The translations under genes were made by a program, and so were the position numbers. Below are positions 9,777 to 19,640 of a DNA stretch of 47,135 nucleotides, piece after piece. The notes beneath the pieces were generated by a model. The model was not told the origin of the DNA and did not search any database. It was given only the letters and a program-made list of their open reading frames with translations. The stretch covers positions 1 through 47,135 of IMG/VR virus record IMGVR_UViG_3300024331_000046; one strand, 5' to 3'. This stretch comes from a virus (taxonomy: Duplodnaviria; Caudoviricetes). How positions within the stretch are numbered: the stretch's first letter is position 1; every line of letters starts with the position of its first letter.

Positions 9777-10256
9777 ATGGCGAACACACAGGCAATCTGC
9801 GACAGCTTTCGAGTCGACCTTCTCAACGGCGGCCACGCCTTCGGCGCGCAGCCGGCCAACGGCACGCGCACCGTCACGACCAAGGACGTGTTCAAGGCGG
9901 CTCTGTATCTGGCGACTGCGACGAAGGATCGCACAACTACGGTCTACAACACTACCGGGGAGCTCGCCGGCACCGGCAACTATACGCAGGGCGGCGTCAC
10001 GGTCACAAATGCCACAGCTCCGGCGAACACTGGCGGCACCGGGATTGTCGCGTTCTGGACGCCTTCGGCTTCGCTGTCGTGGACCAACCTGACGAGCTCG
10101 GGCGCGTTCGATGCGATGCTGCTCTATAACGACAGCATCACCGCCAAGAACGCGGTCGCAGTGTTCACCTTCGGCAGCCAGTCGGTCACCGCCGGTAACT
10201 TCACTCTCACCATGCCGACCAACGACCTGACGACCGGGCTAATCCGGATTTCATAA
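9777..10256 (+). CDS. putative virion structural protein
   Basis: Thr/Gly-rich, FKAALY and YTQGG motifs seen in phage structural proteins. Confidence 0.6.
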   Translation: MANTQAICDSFRVDLLNGGHAFGAQPANGTRTVTTKDVFKAALYLATATKDRTTTVYNTTGELAGTGNYTQGGVTVTNATAPANTGGTGIVAFWTPSASLSWTNLTSSGAFDAMLLYNDSITAKNAVAVFTFGSQSVTAGNFTLTMPTNDLTTGLIRIS

Positions 10257-10266
10257 GGAACAGACC

Positions 10267-10740
10267 ATGCCCAACATCAACGGCACGAACCACGACGATT
10301 ATCTGCTCGGGACAACGGGCGATGATGTCATCAACGGCCGCCGCGGCAACGACTGGATCGAGGGCGGCAAGGGCAACGATGTCCTGACCGGCGATAGCGA
10401 TCCGCTCCACGACGACGGCATGGACACGTTCACCTTCCGCGCCGGGGATGGTCATGACACCGTGACCGATTTCCAGCACGGAGAGGATCGGCTGATGTTC
10501 GACAGCGGCACCGGGGTTTATGACGGCATCCTTCCGCCGCTCGGTTCCCTTTATGACGGCGAGACCTTCTCCAATTCGCAGAACACGGCGAGCTGGACGG
10601 TCGCGGCAGGCGACTACAACGGCGACGGCTTCACCGACACGCGGATCGAGATGTTCGTCGGCGGCAACAGCGTCGGCATGATCGATCTTCTGTCCGTCGC
10701 TCCGAGCACGCTCACGAGCGCCGACATCTTCGGCGGCTAA
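10267..10740 (+). CDS. RTX/hemolysin-type calcium-binding repeat protein
   Basis: Nonapeptides GTTGDDVIN, GRRGNDWIE, GGKGNDVLT; GDGHDTVTDF. Confidence 0.8.
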   Translation: MPNINGTNHDDYLLGTTGDDVINGRRGNDWIEGGKGNDVLTGDSDPLHDDGMDTFTFRAGDGHDTVTDFQHGEDRLMFDSGTGVYDGILPPLGSLYDGETFSNSQNTASWTVAAGDYNGDGFTDTRIEMFVGGNSVGMIDLLSVAPSTLTSADIFGG

Positions 10741-10749
10741 GCCAGCCTA

Positions 10750-13386
10750 GTGGCACAGCCTACTGCTGTCCGCCGCGCGCAGGCGGTCAGCGCAACCAGC
10801 AATTCTACCAGCTTTACTCCGTCGTGGAGCTACGCCGGCTTCAATGGCTTAAACACCGCCATAAGCGCTGGCGACGATGTGATGTGGATTTGCATCGTAT
10901 CGTCAGACGGCAATCCAACGCTCTCGATCAACGCCGCGAACTCCGATGCTGCGTGGTCGCTTGATTCGCAATCGGCCGATGGAACGGGCGCTGTAACTGG
11001 CGCTATCCTTAGCTGCCACACCACTGCCGCATTCGCGGCGAGCGCGCATCCTGCTCTGAGGATCGACTCCACCGCTTCCGAGCAATATTCTGCTACGCTG
11101 TACGCCTATAAGGCGGCTGCCGGCAGCGTAATGGCTCGGTTGTTCTCAAGCGCCAACAGCGGGTCATCGTCTCTGGCTAATCCGCCCTCGGTTACGCAAA
11201 ATAGCGGATCGACCCAGGATGTGACCGCGATTGCGCTGGGCGTGATCGACTCAAACTCGACTTACTCGTCGTCCCCGAACACATACGGCAACATAATTAC
11301 CCAGACTGGCGGCGGGTCGAACGGGTCAGGCAGCGCCGGCTCAGACAAGCAAATAAATGCGCTGGCCAACGGGGGAACAGAAGACCCCGCTGCATTCGGC
11401 AACAACAACGACCAGTGGGTCACTTACACTGTTCTTGTTTATGCTGAAGTCGCTGGCGCTTCGGCGGCGCTGACTGGCCAGTCAACGACTGCCGCTAGCG
11501 GTTCGCTGTCGATAAGTTCGGTAGCCGCTCTCACGGGTGGCGTTGTCGCGATTGCTCAGGGATCGATCGCCAGAGCAACGCCCATCACCGGACAAGCTAC
11601 GGCCGTCGCGAACTGGCCGGAACTGGTTATCAACGGCGATGGCAATTCGACGACCGGATGGACGGCTGGTAATAGTGGCGTTCTGTCGAGCGTTGGCGGG
11701 CGGTTGCGCGTTACCAACGGCGCGGCCCTGAATGGTTACGGTTATCAGACTTTCGCGACCGTTGTTGGCAAGACTTATCGGTTCAAAATTACATGGTACG
11801 CCGGGAACGGAGGGGCCTGGGTCCAATTAGGATCGACTGGCGCTAACTCCTCCGATTATTTCAACCAAAACGGTGGCTCGCCCGTCACCATTGAAACCAA
11901 ATTCGTCGCGACTTCAACCGCCGCGAGCGTGACTGTCATCGAACTCACTGGCGTATCCGGAAACTATGCCGAGTTCGATGATATCAGCGTTCAAGAGGTA
12001 GCCGTTGAAGGTGCTCTGAGCCTCGCGCTTACTGGGCAATCACTATCGGTCGCGCGCGGCTCGATCACTGCCGCGCAAACTTTTGCGCTGACTGGTCAGA
12101 CTCTTGCCGTCGCCCGAGATTCGGTCGTTGCTGCACCGAACTTCACCTTGGCTGGCCAGGCTGGCAGCGTAGCGCGTGGGACGGTTGCACCGACGGTAAC
12201 TTTTGCCCTCGCCGGGCAATCGCTGTCGGCTGCTCAAGGGCAAGTTCTTCAAGGCGCGCCCATTGTCGGGCAAATTCTCACTGCGGCGCAAGGTTCATCG
12301 ACGGCGGGTGTGTCGATCACGCTCACCGGACAAAGCGTTTCGGTTGCGCGTGACGGTGAGACAGTTTCCGACAGCAGGGCGCTTACCGGCCAAGCAGTTT
12401 CTACCGGACAAGGGTCCGTTGTTGCATCACTGAGCTTTGCTCTGGCGGGGCAATCGCTCTCCGTTTCGCGGGGTTCGTTACTAGCTACCGACAGCCTGTC
12501 GCTTACCGGGCAAGAGGCGGTTGTTTCGCGAGGCGCAGTTACAGCAACCACGGATGCGACTGCTGCGCTCACGGGTCAATCTGTTGCTGTCGCGCGAGGT
12601 TCGGTCGCTGCGTCTCCGAGTGTTTCTCTATCTGGCCAATCGGCTACCGTTTCCCGTGGATCGCTGTTAGGAGCCACAAGCCTTTCGCTGACCGGCCAGG
12701 CTCTTGTGGTGAGCTCGCAGGGGCAGGCGGGCGCAACGAGCGAGAATTTAGCGGGGCAGATACTCACTGCTTCGCAGGGCCTCACTACGGCCGCCGTATC
12801 TATCGCGATCAGCGGCCAAAGCGTTTCGGTTGGTCGTGGGAGCGTCACAACTGCATCGGCTGCTTCCTCAACGGGTCAGTCGGTTACTGTCGAGCAAGAA
12901 CCAGTCACTGCCTCGCCGGCCTCTTCGTTAAGCGGCCAAGAGATTGTTGCCTCTTCGGATGATCTGCTAGCCGAAACCGACCTGTCCCTGACCGGCCAGC
13001 ACCTGACGAGTTCACAGGGCACAGTCAGCGGATCGGAACAAGACGTTGTAAGGGCTCTCACCGGGCAATCGCTTTCGGTAGCGCAGGGCTCGCTTGTTGC
13101 AGCACAGCAGGCCAGTTCCCAGGTCAATCGCGGCTTCGGCCGACCCGAGAAGCCGCGGAGGGTCGTCAATTACGGCAAGCTCTTCGTCCAGGAGGCGCAG
13201 GACAGCGCCCGGTTCGAAGGGTCGGTATCAACGACCGGGACACTGTTCGCCACCGAGCAGCCAGATCGCGTCCATATCGAAGTCCGCCTGACCACCATTG
13301 CCAGAATGAAGGCGATCGAGGGGGCCGACACTCGCTCAACGGTTGATTGGATCGAGTATGACAATGACTTCCTTCTGGCTGCCTAG
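10750..13386 (+). CDS. large repetitive virion fibre/adhesin-like protein
   Basis: 878 aa; many ~20-aa repeats centred on (L/I)(T/A/S)GQ; embedded CBM-like domain (ELVINGD..TTGW...FDDISVQEV). Confidence 0.65.
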   Translation: MAQPTAVRRAQAVSATSNSTSFTPSWSYAGFNGLNTAISAGDDVMWICIVSSDGNPTLSINAANSDAAWSLDSQSADGTGAVTGAILSCHTTAAFAASAHPALRIDSTASEQYSATLYAYKAAAGSVMARLFSSANSGSSSLANPPSVTQNSGSTQDVTAIALGVIDSNSTYSSSPNTYGNIITQTGGGSNGSGSAGSDKQINALANGGTEDPAAFGNNNDQWVTYTVLVYAEVAGASAALTGQSTTAASGSLSISSVAALTGGVVAIAQGSIARATPITGQATAVANWPELVINGDGNSTTGWTAGNSGVLSSVGGRLRVTNGAALNGYGYQTFATVVGKTYRFKITWYAGNGGAWVQLGSTGANSSDYFNQNGGSPVTIETKFVATSTAASVTVIELTGVSGNYAEFDDISVQEVAVEGALSLALTGQSLSVARGSITAAQTFALTGQTLAVARDSVVAAPNFTLAGQAGSVARGTVAPTVTFALAGQSLSAAQGQVLQGAPIVGQILTAAQGSSTAGVSITLTGQSVSVARDGETVSDSRALTGQAVSTGQGSVVASLSFALAGQSLSVSRGSLLATDSLSLTGQEAVVSRGAVTATTDATAALTGQSVAVARGSVAASPSVSLSGQSATVSRGSLLGATSLSLTGQALVVSSQGQAGATSENLAGQILTASQGLTTAAVSIAISGQSVSVGRGSVTTASAASSTGQSVTVEQEPVTASPASSLSGQEIVASSDDLLAETDLSLTGQHLTSSQGTVSGSEQDVVRALTGQSLSVAQGSLVAAQQASSQVNRGFGRPEKPRRVVNYGKLFVQEAQDSARFEGSVSTTGTLFATEQPDRVHIEVRLTTIARMKAIEGADTRSTVDWIEYDNDFLLAA

Positions 13387-13398
13387 TGGGGTGCTGAA

Positions 13399-13854
13399 AT
13401 GAACCACGGCGAAATGGCGGTCCTGGTCAAGGGCATTGCTCCGGTCCTGCGTGATGCGATTGTCCGGGCGGTGCAGCCGGTCGCTGACAGGTTGAGGCAG
13501 CTGGAACTCCGGGAGTTGCCGGAAGGCCCGCCAGGTAAGGATGGGCAGGACGGGCTTGGGTTCGACGACATGGATGTCTGCGTTCTGGAAGACGATCGCA
13601 CCATCGAGATCAGCTTTAGGCGCGGGGATGAGGAGAAGGTCTTCACCCTCAAATGGCCCACGGTTCTCGATAGGGGGCCGTTCAAGGTCGAGCGCGAGCT
13701 TCCGTATGAACCGGGCGATGGAGTGACTTGGGGCGGGCAGTTCTACATCTGCAATGAGCAGACCAATGAGAAGCCTGACCTGAGCAAGGACGGAAAGCCG
13801 TGGCGGCTGGCGGTTCGCAAGGGCCGCGACGGCAAGGACGCGAAAATTGGCTGA
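13399..13854 (+). CDS. collagen-motif head-associated protein
   Basis: GPPGKDGQDGLGFDD and WRLAVRKGRDGKD. Confidence 0.65.
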   Translation: MNHGEMAVLVKGIAPVLRDAIVRAVQPVADRLRQLELRELPEGPPGKDGQDGLGFDDMDVCVLEDDRTIEISFRRGDEEKVFTLKWPTVLDRGPFKVERELPYEPGDGVTWGGQFYICNEQTNEKPDLSKDGKPWRLAVRKGRDGKDAKIG

Positions 13855-14383
13855 GCCGATCACCCTGACGGAGGCCAAGGCGCAATGCCAGATGGCCGAC
13901 GACAGCACGCAGGACACGTTCATTACCTCGCTGATCGCGCCGGCAAGGGCGTATGTCGAACGCTGCACGCGGCGGCTGTTCGTCAGCGGGACAAGGATCG
14001 AGATGTTCACGCGTTGGGGCGACTATCTGGAGATTTGGCGGACGCCCATCACCAGTATCACCTCGGTCAAATACTCGACCACGAGTGATCCGACCGATGA
14101 TGCGACATACACCGGTTTTGTTACCAACCTCGGATTCCCGGTCAGGATCAGTCCTGGCATTGATGATGCATTTCCAGACCTCGTAACCGGCGGGACGATC
14201 ACGGTCACTTATGCGGCTGGGGCCGTTGACTCATCCAGCGAGGAATATCTGATCGGCAAGCGAGCCATGCTTTTGCTGATCGGCTTCTGGTTCGATAACC
14301 GCGGCGAGATTGCCATCGACAAGGATACCAAGTTCGCGGTCGACTGCATTCTCGACGAGCTTAGCCCGGTATCGGCCTACTGA
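13847..14383 (+). CDS. head-tail connector (gp6-like)
   Basis: EPITLTEAKAQ...LIAPARAYVE; AMLLLIGFWFDNR. Confidence 0.85.
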   Translation: MAEPITLTEAKAQCQMADDSTQDTFITSLIAPARAYVERCTRRLFVSGTRIEMFTRWGDYLEIWRTPITSITSVKYSTTSDPTDDATYTGFVTNLGFPVRISPGIDDAFPDLVTGGTITVTYAAGAVDSSSEEYLIGKRAMLLLIGFWFDNRGEIAIDKDTKFAVDCILDELSPVSAY

Positions 14384-14700
14384 TGATCAGCCAGCGCACG
14401 GAACTGATCGTCTTCCAGCGGGGAACGCCAAGCGAGGATGAGCACGGCGGACAGACGCTAAGCTGGGCTACCTATGCCACTAGGAGGGCAAGGATTCGCT
14501 TCGGAACCGCCGAGGAAAAGCGCGAGGCAGCGCAAACAGGCGGGCACCAGACGGCCACCTTCGAATGCGAGCGTTCGGCTACTCTGGATGCGGTCACTTT
14601 GAAGGATCGGATTTCGTATCTCGGTTCGGCTTGGGACTTGGCGGAAACTGCTCCGTTGGATCGCAGGACGATCCGCTTCACGGGAGTACGCAAGCTGTGA
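14383..14700 (+). CDS. head closure / head-tail adaptor
   Basis: Position, size, DEHGG..W motif. Confidence 0.75.
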   Translation: MISQRTELIVFQRGTPSEDEHGGQTLSWATYATRRARIRFGTAEEKREAAQTGGHQTATFECERSATLDAVTLKDRISYLGSAWDLAETAPLDRRTIRFTGVRKL

Positions 14701-15140
14701 GCGTCACCGCGAAGGTCGAGTGGCTGAAAGGCTCCGATCAGGCCCTCGCTGAAGTTGGCAAGAAGTCGACGCAGAAGAACATTCTGATCCGGACGCTGAA
14801 GAAAGCCGCGAAGCCGATCGACGATATGGCATCCTCGCTTGCCCCGAAGGAAACCGGGCGGCTGCAAGTGTCGATCATCACGGGAACGAAGCTGACCCGC
14901 TCGCAGAGGTCTTCGGCATACAAGGCGGGCAAGCTGGGGGTCGCGGAGGTTCATGTCGGGACTGCGTTGAGCAGGGGTCTTTATCAGGAATACGGGACCA
15001 TCAAGATGCCCGCCCACCCGTTCATGCGGCCGGCGTGGGATGCCAACAAGGCCAATGCCGAAAAGATCATCGGCACCGAGCTCTGGGTGGAAATCAAGAA
15101 GGCTGCTGATCGAGCGGCGCGGAAGCGAGCGAAGGTCTAA
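14697..15140 (+). CDS. HK97 gp10-like neck protein
   Basis: APKETGRL, QEYGTIKMPAHPFMRPAWD; GTG start overlapping upstream stop. Confidence 0.88.
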   Translation: MSVTAKVEWLKGSDQALAEVGKKSTQKNILIRTLKKAAKPIDDMASSLAPKETGRLQVSIITGTKLTRSQRSSAYKAGKLGVAEVHVGTALSRGLYQEYGTIKMPAHPFMRPAWDANKANAEKIIGTELWVEIKKAADRAARKRAKV

Positions 15141-15526
15141 TGGACTGGCAAGGTGCGATGCTGGCCCGCCTCCGGGCGGCGAGCCCGGTGACTGCGCTCA
15201 TCAGCACCAAGAGTTATTGGGAAGCGGCACCGCAGGGCGTGGCTAGACCTTACGTCACGCTGTTGGATGTAACCCAGCTTAGGCCGCAGACGCTCAATGG
15301 CTGGGACTTGGAAGCGGCTCGGGTTCAGATCGATGTCTGGGCCGACACCTACACTTCTAAGAACAACATCATGGAAGCTGTTCTCACGGCCTTGGTGCCG
15401 GGCGGCAGTTCCAACGGCCACGTATTCCAGCGGGCGGAAATTGAAGGCCCGCGCGACATCCCCGAGCGGGACGGGGAAACCATCATTTTCCGCAAGACGG
15501 CAGACCTGATCATCCATCACGCCTGA
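15140..15526 (+). CDS. tail terminator/completion protein (DUF3168-like)
   Basis: APQG..RPYV, RVQIDVWA; position. Confidence 0.8.
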   Translation: MDWQGAMLARLRAASPVTALISTKSYWEAAPQGVARPYVTLLDVTQLRPQTLNGWDLEAARVQIDVWADTYTSKNNIMEAVLTALVPGGSSNGHVFQRAEIEGPRDIPERDGETIIFRKTADLIIHHA

Positions 15527-15537
15527 AGGAGGGCTCA

Positions 15538-15999
15538 ATGGCCACTGAAGCACGCATCGGCTGGGGGGGTAAGTTTTACGTCTCCACCGACAACACAGAG
15601 GCGAATCTCGTCCAGCTTGGCGAGGTCCGCGAGTGCGGTTTTCCGCAAGAGGATGTCGACGAGCATGAGGTCACGCACCTCCAGTCGCCGAACCGCCGCA
15701 AGGAGTTCATCGCCGGCCTTCGGGACGGTGGCGAGTTCACGGCCAGCCTCAACTATGCTCCAGGATCGGCTACGGACCTGTTGCTGACCGCTGCCCTTGA
15801 GGCCGGCACGACGCGCAAGATCAGGATCGTCGTTCCCGACGACTCCGGGACCGGCGCCGCGGACTGGAACATTGTCACGTCGGCCTTCGTCAAGAAGTAC
15901 GCGCCCGACAACATGGAGCCGAACGCGCCGATCGTCGCGACTGCGACCTTCCGCGTTACCGGCGCATCCGAGCAGGGAGCTGGAGCATCCGGCTCGTGA
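15538..15999 (+). CDS. major tail tube protein
   Basis: EVTHLQSP..KEFIAGLRDGGE; ATFRVTG. Confidence 0.88.
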   Translation: MATEARIGWGGKFYVSTDNTEANLVQLGEVRECGFPQEDVDEHEVTHLQSPNRRKEFIAGLRDGGEFTASLNYAPGSATDLLLTAALEAGTTRKIRIVVPDDSGTGAADWNIVTSAFVKKYAPDNMEPNAPIVATATFRVTGASEQGAGASGS

Positions 16000-16385
16000 G
16001 TCTCGTAGCCTTCAGCGAGGAAGAACAGGTTGCCGATGCGTTTGGCCAGAATTGGACAATGCGCCTCGATTTCCATTCGATCACGGTAATCGAGGGCGAC
16101 ACCCAAATGCGGATGCCCGAAGTCGTCGCGCACATTCGTTGCGGGGCGCCTGGGCATTCGCTTCTGGCGCGTGTTTTGTGGGCGTTGTTCCGGGAGCACC
16201 ACTCTGAAGTAGACGTAAACCAATGCCTTGCGATCGTGATGGACCAAGGCAAGGACGGAGCGAAGTTCGGCTTCGCGCTCGATGCCCTTCTTGAGCGCGC
16301 ATTTCCTCTGCCAGCGGAGGATAGGAAGCCAAAAAACCCTCCGAAACAGAGTGGTCGGTCGAAGAGTTCCGTCGCCGCTGGATAG
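15996..16385 (+). CDS. tail assembly chaperone (G-like)
   Basis: Lies between tube and tape measure genes; contains a slippery site. Confidence 0.8.
   Translation: MSLVAFSEEEQVADAFGQNWTMRLDFHSITVIEGDTQMRMPEVVAHIRCGAPGHSLLARVLWALFREHHSEVDVNQCLAIVMDQGKDGAKFGFALDALLERAFPLPAEDRKPKNPPKQSGRSKSSVAAG
16331..16337 (+). other. -1 programmed ribosomal frameshift heptamer A AAA AAC
   Basis: X XXY YYZ in frame; the -1 frame stays open to 16654 (..WIEAGFDPDKFWRETPRTF..MEGAALAAKR). Confidence 0.85.
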
Positions 16386-16654
16386 AGGCCGGGTTCGATC
16401 CGGACAAGTTCTGGCGGGAGACACCCCGCACCTTCGTCAACGCTATGGAAGGGGCTGCGCTGGCTGCCAAGCGGGCCTTCGAGTTGGCGCTGGTGACGGC
16501 GTACCACACTGAAGCGTTCGCCCGGCAGAAGAGGCTAAAGAGCCTGTCATCATATTTGGCTGAGCCGAAGGCGCATTCGTCCCACGCCCACGCTGTCGCC
16601 TTCTTCCACCGGCTGAAGGCCCGCGGCGTTCCTGTGGAAATCACCCGGCATTGA
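16337..16654 (+). CDS. frameshifted C-terminal part of tail chaperone (T-like)
   Basis: GFDPDKFWRETP motif typical of GT extensions. Confidence 0.75.
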   Translation, partial: PSETEWSVEEFRRRWIEAGFDPDKFWRETPRTFVNAMEGAALAAKRAFELALVTAYHTEAFARQKRLKSLSSYLAEPKAHSSHAHAVAFFHRLKARGVPVEITRH

Positions 16655-16664
16655 TGGAGCACGC

Positions 16665-18866
16665 ATGGCTGGAGCCCTGATCGGCGCGCTTCGCGTCTCG
16701 TTATCTGCCGAGACTTCCGCCTTCGAAGCGGGGATGAAGCGCTCGCAGCGCCAAGCTGCGAACACGGCGAAGTCTATCCAGGGTTCGTTCTCCGGGCTCA
16801 AGGGTGTTCTCGGTGCCGGGCTTGCAGGATTTATCGGCGCGCTGAGCGTTGGTGCGCTGCTCCGTGCCAGCAAGGCTGCGCTGGACTACGCGGGGTCACT
16901 TGCCGAGGTCGCTCAACAGGTCGGCGTCACGGCTCGCGACTTGCAAGTTCTTCGCTTCGCTGGAGGCCAAGTCGGCATCAGCACCGAGCAGATGGACAAG
17001 GCTCTCCAGAAGTTCACGAAGTCTCTCGGTGACGCTCGCAACGGTTCGGCTGAAGCGATCAAAACGTTCAAGGCGCTCGGCTTCACCGATCAGGACATCA
17101 AGAGGCTTGACGCACACGAGGCGCTGTTAAAGACCGCAGACGGACTTGAAAAGGTTGGCGACAGGGCCTCTCGCGCGTCTCCGGAAGTCCGCTTGTTCGG
17201 CAAGGCTGGCCAGCAACTGGACACGCTCCTTTCCCAAGGATCGAGGGGGATCAACGAACTCGCCGACGCTGCCGAGAAGTTGGGCATCGTTCTTTCCGAT
17301 GAGCAAATTCGGAATGCCGACCGCACCGCCGACAAGATCGAAGCTCTAAAGACGGTTCTTAGCGCGAACATCGCGTCGGCTGTTGCGGACAATGCCGAAG
17401 GTATCTTTACGCTCGTCAACGCCTTGGCGCAGCTGGTGTCCATCATCCCCAAGGCGATCCAGGGGTGGAAGGCGTTCTTTGCTGTTACGGCCACTGCCGC
17501 AAACGCGATGGCGCATTTGGAAAATCCTGTCACCGCGCTTCAGCGGCTTGGCGCCAAGCAGAACAACGCCAGTCTAGCATCTCGCTTTGCGGCTGACCGC
17601 GCAGCGATAGCGATGAAGAAGGCCGGCACCGGGAGCGGTCTTCCCAATTTCCTAGCGAGCGGTGGTGGAGGCAGGAAAGCCAGAGAAGACCACAGCGCCG
17701 AAAAGGCTCTGCGCGAGGCGTTCCAGTTCGACCAGGAAGTCCGCCGGGCGAATATCGACATTCTCAACGCCAAGAAGGACTTGGCTGCCGACTACACCGA
17801 GCAAACCTCGATCAGCATTCAGATCCTAGACGCGGAGCGAGCGGCTTACGTTGCCGAACTCCAATATCAGGTAGCCGCCAAGGAGAAGACCTCGGCACAA
17901 GCGGCCCAGCTTCAGGCTGCGTATGATTCCAAGGATGCTCTGGAGCGCAAGGCCCTTCTTGATGAGGAAGAGGCGAAGCGCGCTGAAGAGTTTCAGACGC
18001 TGCGGCAGCACGATTTCGACCGCCAGCGCGACTTGCTTGAGGCGCGGTCAGACATTGCGGAGACCGCATCCGAGCGGCGGAAGATCGAGCTTGAGCTTTT
18101 GCGGATCGCCTATGAGCAGAAGAAGCAGGCGCTTCAGAACATCATCGAGACGAGCAAGAGCTTTCAGGAGATCGAGGACGCTAGGCGTGATCTGGAGAAC
18201 CTGAAAAAGACGCAGCCGCTGGCCCAACAGAGTGTGCTGCAAAACACCCAAGGGCCATTGGAGCAGTTCTTCTCGACCGTCCCCAAGACCGCCGCCGAAG
18301 CGCAGGAGGCGATGGAGCGGCTTCAGGTCATGGGCATCGACGGTGCGATCAATTCCATTGTCGCTCTGACCGATGGATTCCAGAGTTTCCGCGACACCGC
18401 GATAAGCGCGATCAAACAGGTCATTGCCGAGCTCCTGCGGATGCAGCTCATGAAGCTGGCGCTGAACCTGTTCGGCTCTGCTGTGGGCGGCTTCAATTCG
18501 GCCGGGCTTGTGTCGGGCAACTTGTCCGCGCTCTCGGCCAGTGGTGGTATTGCGCTTGGTTCAAGTGGTGGTGGCTTGCTCCCTCGGGCACACGGCGGTT
18601 CTGTCATCAGGGGTCATGGCTATTTGATTGGCGAGCGTGGCCCGGAAATCTTTATGCCGAAGCTGTCCGGTTCGATCATCCCGAGCAGCAGCATTGCATT
18701 TGGCAACGACAATAAGGCGATGCGCGGCGGCGACTTCCATTTCAACGTCAACGTCAATGGGTCGGTGACTGATGCCGAAGCGAGGCGGACTGGAATGCAA
18801 ATAGCGGCCGGCTTCCAAAGCCGCATGGCAATGGCGAGCAGCAAGGGGATTGCGGGCAATGGCTGA
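16665..18866 (+). CDS. tape measure protein
   Basis: 733 aa, Ala-rich and helical; IGALRVSL start; RAHGG..IGERGPEIF C-terminal motif. Confidence 0.92.
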   Translation: MAGALIGALRVSLSAETSAFEAGMKRSQRQAANTAKSIQGSFSGLKGVLGAGLAGFIGALSVGALLRASKAALDYAGSLAEVAQQVGVTARDLQVLRFAGGQVGISTEQMDKALQKFTKSLGDARNGSAEAIKTFKALGFTDQDIKRLDAHEALLKTADGLEKVGDRASRASPEVRLFGKAGQQLDTLLSQGSRGINELADAAEKLGIVLSDEQIRNADRTADKIEALKTVLSANIASAVADNAEGIFTLVNALAQLVSIIPKAIQGWKAFFAVTATAANAMAHLENPVTALQRLGAKQNNASLASRFAADRAAIAMKKAGTGSGLPNFLASGGGGRKAREDHSAEKALREAFQFDQEVRRANIDILNAKKDLAADYTEQTSISIQILDAERAAYVAELQYQVAAKEKTSAQAAQLQAAYDSKDALERKALLDEEEAKRAEEFQTLRQHDFDRQRDLLEARSDIAETASERRKIELELLRIAYEQKKQALQNIIETSKSFQEIEDARRDLENLKKTQPLAQQSVLQNTQGPLEQFFSTVPKTAAEAQEAMERLQVMGIDGAINSIVALTDGFQSFRDTAISAIKQVIAELLRMQLMKLALNLFGSAVGGFNSAGLVSGNLSALSASGGIALGSSGGGLLPRAHGGSVIRGHGYLIGERGPEIFMPKLSGSIIPSSSIAFGNDNKAMRGGDFHFNVNVNGSVTDAEARRTGMQIAAGFQSRMAMASSKGIAGNG

Positions 18867-19269
18867 TCTTTCGATTACTGCCGCCAGCGTCATTTCCGGT
18901 TCTGGATCGACGAAGGTTCTAGGAATTGCTGGCGCGACGATCACCGCCGGCAAGACCGTTTATCTCGACACAGCGGACGACAAATATAAGCTGGCCGACT
19001 GCGATAGTGCGACTGCGGCGGTTCGTTCTCCAGCGGGGATCGCGTTGAATGGTGCATCGGACGGCCAGCCGCTTGTCGTTCATACGGATGGCCCGATTAC
19101 CATAGGCGCCACACTAGTGCCGGGCGTTGCCTATTACCTGTCGCCGAATCCGGGCGGCATCTGTGCCGTGGCAGATGTCTTAAGCGGAGACCACACGATC
19201 ATTCTCGGCATGGCCACCTCGTCCACCGTGCTCGATGTCAACATTCAAGAGTCAGGCGTCGCGATCTAA
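18859..19269 (+). CDS. hypothetical virion protein
   Basis: AGATITAGKTVY and YYLS..PGGI, decoration/fibre-like. Confidence 0.6.
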   Translation: MADLSITAASVISGSGSTKVLGIAGATITAGKTVYLDTADDKYKLADCDSATAAVRSPAGIALNGASDGQPLVVHTDGPITIGATLVPGVAYYLSPNPGGICAVADVLSGDHTIILGMATSSTVLDVNIQESGVAI

Positions 19270-19640
19270 TGCATATCGCCGAGCAGCTGACCGAGAACAT
19301 CGAGATCGGGGCGGTACGCATTGACGACCAAGAGGGCCTGGAAGTCGTCACGACGGATAGCAGCAAGGAAGTGCGTAATTCTCGCGTCGAGAAAGAGCCG
19401 CGATATTGGGAAGTTTCCGTTCCTATGGCCGACATCGAAAGCGATGAGACAGAGGATTACGATTCAGTCCGGAATATGTGGAGGATAACCGAACGGGGGC
19501 TCCATACCTTCGATTTCAAGTGCTTCGTGGACAACGAAATCTGTAAGGTCCGCTTTGCGTCGCGTCGTACCATTACCGCTCCAGCCGGGCATCTACGGCA
19601 CATCGACACATTCACCCTGAAAGAGGCTATCGGTGAGTAG
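19269..19640 (+). CDS. putative distal tail protein (DUF2460-like)
   Basis: Position; EVRN and RGLHTFDFK motifs. Confidence 0.55.
   Translation: MHIAEQLTENIEIGAVRIDDQEGLEVVTTDSSKEVRNSRVEKEPRYWEVSVPMADIESDETEDYDSVRNMWRITERGLHTFDFKCFVDNEICKVRFASRRTITAPAGHLRHIDTFTLKEAIGE

Noticed and set aside
11460-13095. Periodic ACnGGnCAR DNA repeats as a non-coding array or DGR
   Set aside because: They encode the xGQ protein repeat with synonymous variation; no reverse transcriptase or TR/VR pair is seen.
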